Assembly: GCA_964016885.1 (NCBI GenBank)
Contig: OZ024740.1
Span: forward strand, 15,934,001 to 15,998,000
Direction of reading: 5' to 3'
DNA length: 64,000 nt
Source of the DNA: Eledone cirrhosa
Lineage: Eukaryota
Shown here: positions 54,201-63,200 of the stretch, piece after piece
Numbering within the stretch: the first letter of the stretch is position 1
Layout of the letters: every line of letters starts with the position of its first letter
The notes under the pieces: model-generated
What the model saw: only the letters and a program-made list of their open reading frames with translations
Database searches by the model: none
What the model was told of the DNA's origin: nothing
Made by a program: the position numbers and the translations under genes

Positions 54201-57200
54201 GAGAAGAAACTCTCAGGAGAGCTGGACAGCAGAAGGTCTTCAGGGAAGAAACTCTCGGGAGAGCTGGATAGCATAAGGTCTTCAGAAAAGAAACTCTCAG
54301 GAGAGCTAGACAGCAGAAGGTCTTCAGAGAAGAAACTCTCAGGAGAGCTAGACAGCAGAAGGTCTTTAGAGAAGAAACTTTCAGGAGAGCTAGACAACAG
54401 AAGGTCTTCAGAGAAGAAACTCTCAGGATAGCTAGACAGCAGAAGGTCTTCAGAGAAGAAACTCTCGGTAGAGCTGGACAGCAGAAGGTCTTCAGAGAAG
54501 AAACTCTCAGGAGAGCTGGACAGCAGAAGGTCTTCAGAGAAGAAACTCTCGGGAGAGCTGGACAGCATAAGGTCTTCAGGAAAGAAACTTTCAGGAGAGC
54601 TAGGCAACAGAAGGTCTTCAGAGAAGAAACTCTCAGGATAGCTAGACAGCAGAAGGTCTTCAGAGAAGAAAGTCTCGGGAGAGCTGGACAGCAGAAGGTC
54701 ATTAGAGAAGAAACTCTCAGGAGAGCTAGACAGCAGAAGGTCTTCAGAGAAGAAACTGTCAGGAGAGCTAGACAGCAGAAGGTCTTCAGAGAAGAAACTG
54801 TCACGAGAGCTGGACAGTAGAAAGTCTTTAGAGAAGAAACTGTCAGGAGAGCTGGACAGCAGAAGGTCTTTAGAGAAGAAACTGTCAGGAGAGCTAGACA
54901 GCAGAAGGTCTTCAGAGAAGAAACTGTCAGGAGAGCTGGACAGCAGAAGGTCTTTAGAGAAGAAACTGTCAGGGGACCTGGACAGTAGAAGGTCTTTAGA
55001 GAAGAAACTCTCAGGAGAGCTGGACAGTAGAAGGTCTTCAGAGAAGAAACTGTCAGGAGACCTGGACAGCAGAAGGTCTTTAGAGAAGAAACTCTCGGGA
55101 GAGCTGTACAGCAGAAGGTCTTCAGAGAAGAAACTGTCAGGAGAGCTGGACAGCAGATGGTCTTCAGCAAAGAAACTCTCAGAAGAGTTGGACAGCAGAA
55201 GGTCTTCAGAGAAGAATCTCTCAAGAGAGCTAGACAGCAGAAGGTCTTCAGAGAAGAAACTCTCAGGAGAGTTGGACAGCAGAAGGTCTGCAGAGAAGAA
55301 ACTATCAGGAGAGCTGGACAGCAGAAGGTCTTCAGAGAAGAAACTCTCGGGAGAGCTGTACAGCAGAAGGTCTTCAGAAGAGAAACTCTCAGGAGAGCTA
55401 GGCAGCAGAAGGTCTTCAGAGAAGAAACTCTCAGGAGATCTAGACAGCAGAAGGTCTTTAGAGAAGAAACTCTCAGGAGAGCTAGACAGCAGAAGGTCTT
55501 AAGAGAAGAAACTCTCAGGAGAGCTGGACAGCAGAATGTCTTCAGAGAAGCTCTCGGTAGAATTGGACAGCAGAAGGTCTTCAGAGAAGAAACTCTCAGG
55601 AGAGCTAGACAGCAGAAGCTCTTCAGAGAAGAAAGTCTCAGGAGAGCTGGACAGCAGAAGGTCTTTAGAGAAGAAACTCTCAGGAGAGCTGGATAGCAGA
55701 AGGTCTTCAGAGAAGAAACTCTCGGGAGAGCTGGACAGCAGAAGGTCTTCAGAGAAGAAACTCTCAGGAGAGCTGGACAGCAGAAGGTCTTCAGGGAAGA
55801 AACTCTCGGGAGAGCTGGATAGCATAAGGTCTTCAGAAAAGAAACTCTCAGGAGAGCTAGACAGCAGAAGGTCTTCAGAGAAGAAACTCTCAGGAGAGCT
55901 AGACAGCAGAAGGTCTTTAGAGAAGAAACTTTCAGGAGAGCTAGACAACAGAAGGTCTTCAGAGAAGAAACTCTCAGGATAGCTAGACAGCAGAAGGTCT
56001 TCAGAGAAGAAACTCTCGGTAGAGCTGGACAGCAGAAGGTCTTCAGAGAAGAAACTCTCAGGAGAGCTGGACAGCAGAAGGTCTTCAGAGAAGAAACTCT
56101 CGGGAGAGCTGGACAGCATAAGGTCTTCAGGAAAGAAACTTTCAGGAGAGCTAGGCAACAGAAGGTCTTCAGAGAAGAAACTCTCAGGATAGCTAGACAG
56201 CAGAAGGTCTTCAGAGAAGAAAGTCTCGGGAGAGCTGGACAGCAGAAGGTCATTAGAGAAGAAACTCTCAGGAGAGCTAGACAGCAGAAGGTCTTCAGAG
56301 AAGAAACTGTCAGGAGAGCTAGACAGCAGAAGGTCTTCAGAGAAGAAACTGTCACGAGAGCTGGACAGTAGAAAGTCTTTAGAGAAGAAACTGTCAGGAG
56401 AGCTGGACAGCAGAAGGTCTTTAGAGAAGAAACTGTCAGGAGAGCTAGACAGCAGAAGGTCTTCAGAGAAGAAACTGTCAGGAGAGCTGGACAGCAGAAG
56501 GTCTTTAGAGAAGAAACTGTCAGGGGACCTGGACAGTAGAAGGTCTTTAGAGAAGAAACTCTCAGGAGAGCTGGACAGTAGAAGGTCTTCAGAGAAGAAA
56601 CTGTCAGGAGACCTGGACAGCAGAAGGTCTTTAGAGAAGAAACTCTCGGGAGAGCTGTACAGCAGAAGGTCTTCAGAGAAGAAACTGTCAGGAGAGCTGG
56701 ACAGCAGATGGTCTTCAGCAAAGAAACTCTCAGAAGAGTTGGACAGCAGAAGGTCTTCAGAGAAGAATCTCTCAAGAGAGCTAGACAGCAGAAGGTCTTC
56801 AGAGAAGAAACTCTCAGGAGAGTTGGACAGCAGAAGGTCTGCAGAGAAGAAACTATCAGGAGAGCTGGACAGCAGAAGGTCTTCAGAGAAGAAACTCTCG
56901 GGAGAGCTGTACAGCAGAAGGTCTTCAGAAGAGAAACTCTCAGGAGAGCTAGGCAGCAGAAGGTCTTCAGAGAAGAAACTCTCAGTAGATCTAGACAGCA
57001 GAAGGTCTTTAGAGAAGAAACTCTCAGGAGAGCTAGACAGCAGAAGGTCTTAAGAGAAGAAACTCTCAGGAGAGCTGGACAGCAGAATGTCTTCAGAGAA
57101 GCTCTCGGTAGAATTGGACAGCAGAAGGTCTTCAGAGAAGAAACTCTCAGGAGAGCTAGACAGCAGAAGCTCTTCAGAGAAGAAAGTCTCAGGAGAGCTG

Positions 57201-60200
57201 GACAGCAGAAGGTCTTTAGAGAAGAAACTCTCAGGAGAGCTGGATAGCAGAAGGTCTTCAGAGAAGAAACTCTCGGGAGAGCTGGACAGCAGAAGGTCTT
57301 TAGAGAAGAAACTCTCAGGAGAGCTAGACAGCAGAAGGTCTTCAGAGAAGAAACTCTCAGGAGAGCTAGACAGCAGAAGGTCTTCAGAGAAGAAACTCTC
57401 AGAAGAGTTGGACCCCAGAAGCTCTTCAGAGAAGAAACTCTCAGGGGAGCTAGACAGCAGAAGGTCTTCAGAGAAGAACCTCTCAGGAGAGCTAGACAGC
57501 AGAAGGTCTTCAGCGAAGAAACTCTCAGAAGAGTTGGACAGCAGAAGCTCTTCAGAGAAGAAACTCTCAGGGGAGCTAGACAGCAGAAGGTCTTCAGAGA
57601 AGAAACTCTCAGAAGAGCTAGACAGCAGGTCTTCAGAGAAGAAACTCTCAGGAGAGCTAGACAGCAGATGGTCTTCAGCGAAGAAACTCTCAGAAGAGTT
57701 GGACAGCAGAAGGTCTTCAGAGAAGAAACTCTCAGGGAGCTAGACAGCAGAAGGTCTTCAGAGAAGAAACTCTCAGAAGAGCTAGACAGCAGGTCTTCAG
57801 AGAAGAAACTCTCGGGAGAGCTGGACAGCAGAAGGTCTTCAGAGAAGAAACTCTCGGGAGAGCTAGACAGCAGAAGGTCTTCAGAAAAGAAACTCTCAGG
57901 AGAGCTAGACAGCAGGAGGTCTTCAGAGAAGAAACTCTCGGTAGAGCTGGACAGCAGAAGGTCTTCAGAGAAGAAACTCTCAGGAGAGCTGGACAGCAGA
58001 AGGTCTTCAGGGAAGAAACTCTCGGGAGAGCTGGATAGCATAAGGTCTTCAGAAAAGAAACTCTCAGGAGAGCTAGACAGCAGAAGGCCTTCAGAGAAGA
58101 AACTCTCAGGAGAGCTAGACAGCAGAAGGTCTTTAGAGAAGAAACTCTCAGGATAGCTAGACAGCAGAAGGTCTTCAGAGAAGAAAGTCTCGGGAGAGCT
58201 GGACAGCAGAAGGTCATTAGAGAAGAAACTCTCAGGAGAGCTAGACAGCAGAAGGTCTTCAGAGAAGAAACTGTCAGGAGAGCTAGACAGTAGAAGGTCT
58301 TCAGAGAAGAAACTGTCACGAGAGCTGGACAGTAGAAAGTCTTTAGAGAAGAAACTGTCAGGAGAGCTGGACAGCAGAAGGTCTTTAGTGAAGAAACTGT
58401 CAGGAGAGCTAGACAGCAGAAGGTCTTCAGAGAAGACACTGTCAGGAGAGCTGGACAGCAGAAGGTCTTTAGAGAAGAAACTGTCAGGGGACCTGGACAG
58501 TAGAAGGTCTTTAGAGAAGAAACTCTCAGGAGAGCTGGACAGTAGAAGGTCTTCAGAGAAGAAACTGTCAGGAGACCTGGACAGCAGAAGGTCTTTAGAG
58601 AAGAAACTCTCGGGAGAGCTGTACAGCAGAAGGTCTTCAGAGAAGAAACTGTCAGGAGAGCTGGACAGCAGATGGTCTTCAGCAAAGAAACTCTCAGAAT
58701 AGTTGGACAGCAGAAGGTCTTCAGAGAAGAAACTCTCAAGAGAGCTAGACAGCAGAAGGTCTTCAGAGAAGAAACTCTCGGGAGAGTTGGACAGCAGAAG
58801 GTCTGCAGAGAAGAAACTATCAGGAGAGCTGGACAGCAGAAGGTCTTCAGAGAAGAAACTCTCGGGAGAGCTGTACAGCAGAAGGTCTTCAGAAGAGAAA
58901 CTCTCAGGAGAGCTAGGCAGCAGAAGGTCTTCAGAGAAGAAACTCTCAGGAGATCTAGACAGCAGAAGGTCTTTAGAGAAGAAACTCTCAGGAGAGCTAG
59001 ACAGCAGAAGGTCTTAAGAGAAGAAACTCTCAGGAGAGCTGGACAGCAGAAGGTCTTCAGAGAAGCTCTCGGTAGAGTTGGACAGCAGAAGGTCTTCAGA
59101 GAAGAAACTCTCAGGAGAGCTAGACAGCAGAAGCTCTTCAGAGAATAAAGTCTCAGGAGAGCTGGACAGCAGAAGGTCTTTAGAGAAGAAATTCTCAGGA
59201 GAGCTGGATAGCAGAAGGTCTTCAGAGAAGAAACTCTCGGGAGAGCTGGACAGCAGAAGGTCTTTAGAGAAGAAACTCTCAGGAGAGCTAGACAGCAGAA
59301 GGTCTTCAGAGAAGAAACTCTCAAGAGAGTTGCACAGCAGAAGGTCGTCAGAGAACAAACTCACGGGAGAGATGGACAGCAGAAGGTCTTCAGAGATAAA
59401 CTCTCGGGAGAGCTGGACATCAGAAGGTCTTCAGAGAAGAAACTCTCGGGAGAGCTGGATAGCAGAAGGTCTTCAGAGAAGAAACTCTCGGGAGAGCTGG
59501 ACAGCAGAAGGTCTTCAGAGAAGAAACTCTCGGTAGAGCTGGACAGCAGGTCTTCAGAGAAGAAAATGTCAGGAGAGCTGGACAGTAGGTCTTCAGAGAA
59601 GAAACTCTCGGGCGTGCTGGACAGCAGAAGGTCTTTAGAGAAGAAACTCTCAGAAGAGCTAAACAGCAGAAGGTGTTCAGAGAAGAAACTGTTAGGAGAG
59701 CTGGACAGCAGAAGGTCTTCAGAGAAGAAACTCTCAGAAGAGCTAGACAGCAGGTCTTCAGAGAAGAATCTCTCGGGAGAGCTGGACAGCAGATGGTCTT
59801 CAGAGAAGAAACTCTCAGAAGAGCTAGACAGCAGAAAATGTTCAGAGAGAAACTGTCAGGAGAGCTGGACAGCAGAAGGTCTTCAGAGAAGAAACTCTCA
59901 GGAGAGCTGGACAGCAGAAGGTCTTCAGAGACGAAACTCTCGGGAGAGCTGGACAGCAGAAGGTCTTCAGAGAAGAAACTCTCAGGAGAGCTAGACAGCA
60001 GAAGGTCTTCAGAGAAGAAACTCTCAGGAGAGCTAGACAGCAGAAGGTCTTCAGCGAAGAAACTCTCAGAAGAGTTGGACAGCAGAAGCTCTTCAGAGAA
60101 GAAACTCTCAGGGGAGCTAGACAGCAGAAGGTCTTCAGAGAAGAAACTCTCAGAAGAGCTAGACAGCAGGTCTTCAGAGAAGAAACTCTCAGGAGAGCTA

Positions 60201-63200
60201 GACAGCAGATGGTCTTCAGCGAAGAAACTCTCAGAAGAGTTGGACAGCAGAAGGTCTTCAGAGAAGAAACTCGCAGGGGAGCTAGACAGCAGAAGGTCTT
60301 CAGAGAAGAAACTCTCAGAAGAGCTAGACAGCAGGTCTTCAGAGAAGAAACTCTCGGGAGAGCTGGACAGCAGAAGGTCTTCAGAGAAGAAACTCTCGGG
60401 AGCGCTAGACAGCAGAAGGTCTTCAGAAAAGAAACTCTCAGGAGAGCTAGACAGCAGAAGGTCTTCAGAGAAGAAACTCTCAGGAGAGTTGGACAGCAGA
60501 AGGTCTGCAGAGAAGAAACTCTCAGGACAGCTAGACAGCAGAAGGTCTTCAGAGAAGAAACTCTCAGGAGAGCTGGACAGTAGAAGGTCTTCAGAGAAGA
60601 AACTCTCGGGAGAGCTAGACAGCAGAAGGTCTTCAGAGAAGAAACTCTCAGGAGAGCTAGACAGCAGAGGGTCTTCAGAGAAGAAACTCTCGGGAGAGCT
60701 GAACAGCAAATGGTCTTCAGCGAAGAAACTCTCAGGAGAGCTAGACAGCAGAAGGTCTTCAGAGAAGAAACTCTCAGGAGAGCTAGACAGCAGAGGGTCT
60801 TCAGAGAAGAAACTCTCGGGAGAGCTGGACAGCAGATGGTCTTCAGCAAAGAAACTCTCAGAAGAGGTGGACAGCAGAAGGTCTTCAGAGAAGAAACTCT
60901 CAGGAGAGCTGGACAGCAGAAGGTCTTCAGAGAAGAAACTCTCAGGAGAGCTAGACAGCAGAAGGTCTTCAGAGAAGAAACTCTCAGGAGAGCTAGACAG
61001 CAGATCAGCAGAGAAGAAACTCTCGGTAGAGCTGGACAGCAGAAGGTCTTCAGAGAAGAAACTCTCAGGAGAGCTGGACAGCAGAAGGTCTTCAGAGAAG
61101 AAACTCTCGGGAGAGCTAGACAGCAGAAGGTCTTTAGAGAAGAAACTTTCAGTAGAGCTAGACAACAGAAGGTCTTCAGAGAAGAAACTCTCAGGAGAGC
61201 TAGACAGCAGAAGGTCTTCAGAGAAGAAACTGTCACGAGAGCTGGACAGTAGAAGGTCTTTAGAGAAGAAACTGTCAGGAGAGCTGGACAGCAGAAGGTC
61301 TTTAGAGAAGAAACTGTCAGGAGAGCTAGACAGCAGAAGGTCTTCAGAGAAGAAACTGTCAGGAGAGCTGGACAGCAGAAGGTCTTTAGAGAAGAAACTG
61401 TCAGGAGAGCTGGACAGTAGAAGGTCTTTAGAGAAGAAACTCTCAGGAGAGCTGGACAGTAGAAGGTCTTCAGAGAAGAAACTGTCAGGAGACCTGGACA
61501 GCAGAAGGTCTTTAGAGAAGAAACTGTCAGGAGAGCTGGACAGCAGATGGTCTTCAGCAAAGAAACTCTCAGAAGGGTTGGACAGCAGAAGGTCTTCAGA
61601 GAAGAAACTCTCAAGAGAGCTAGACAGCAGAAGGTCTTCAGAGAAGAAACTCTCAGGAGAGTTGGACAGCAGAAGGTCTGCAGAGAAGAAACTCTCAGGA
61701 GAGCTGGACAGCAGAAGGTCTTCAGAGAAGAAACTCTCGGGAGAGCTGTACAGCAGAAGGTCTTCAGAAGAGAAACTCTCAGGAGAGCTAGACAGCAGAA
61801 GGTCTTCAGAGAAGAAACTCTCAGGAGATCTAGACAGCAGAAGGTCTTTAGAGAAGAAACTCTCAGGAGAGCTAGACAGCAGGTCTTAAGAGAAGAAACT
61901 CTCAGGAGAGCTGGACAGCAGAAGGTCTTCAGAGAAGAAGCTCTCGGGAGAGTTGGACAGCAGAAGGTCTTCAGAGAAGAAACTCTCAAAAGAGCTAGAC
62001 AGCAGAAGGTCTTCAGAGAAGAAAGTCTCAGGAGAGCTGGACAGCAGAAGGTCTTTAGAGAAGAAACTCTCAGGAGAGCTGGATAGCAGAAGGTCTTCAG
62101 AGAAGAAACTCTCGGGAGAGCTGGACAAAAGAAGGTCTTTAGAGAAGAAACTCTCAGGAGAGCTAGACAGCAGAAGGTCTTCAGAGAAGAATCTCTCAAG
62201 AGAGTTGGACAGCAGAAGGTCTTCAGAGAACAAACTCAAGGGAGAGCTGGACAGCAGAAGGTCTTCAGAGATAAACTCTCGGGAGAGCTGGACATCAGAA
62301 GGTCCTCAGAGAAGAAACTCTCGGGACAGCTGGATAGCAGAAGGTCTTCAGAGAAGAAACTCTCGGTAGAGCTGGACAGCAGAAGGTCTTCAGAGAAGAA
62401 AATGTCAGGAGAGCTGGACAGTAGGTCTTCAGTGAAGAAACTCTCGGGAGTGCTGGACAGCAGAAGGTCTTTAGAGAAGAAACTCTCAGAAGAGCTAGAC
62501 AGCAGAATGTGTTGAGAGAAGAAACTGTCAGGAGAGCTGGACAGCAGAAGGTCTTCAGAGAAGAAACTCTCAGAAGAGCTAGACAGCAGGTCTTCAGAGA
62601 AGAAACTCTCGGGAGAGCTGGACAGCAGAATGTCTTCAGAGAAGAAACTCTCAGAAGAGCTAGACAGCAGAAAATTTTCAGAGAGAAACTGTCAGGAGAG
62701 CTGGACAGCAGAAGGTCTTCAGAGAAGAAACTCTCAGGAGAGCTGGACAGCAGAAGGTCTTCAGAGAAGAAACTCTCGGGAGAGCTGGACAGCAGAAGAT
62801 CTTCAGAGAAGAAACTCTCAGGAGAGCTAGACAGCAGAAGGTCGTTAGAGAAGAAACTCTCAGAAGAGTTGGACAGCAGAAGGTCTTCAGAAAAGAAACT
62901 CTCGGGAGAGCTGGACAGCAGAAGGTCTTCAGAGAAGAAACTCTCGGGAGAGCTAGACAGCAGAAGGTCTTCAGAGAAGAAACTCTCAGGAGAGCTAGAC
63001 AGCAGAAGGTCTTTAGAGAAGAAACTTTCAGGAGAGCTAGACAGCAGAAGGTCTTCAGAGAAGAAACTCTCAGGAGAGCTGGACAGCAGAAGGTCTTCAG
63101 AGAAGAAACTCTCGGGAGAGCTGGACAGCAGAAGGTCTTTAGAGAAGAAACTCTCGGGAGAGTTGGACAGCAGAAGGTCTTCAGAGAAGAAACTCTCAGG

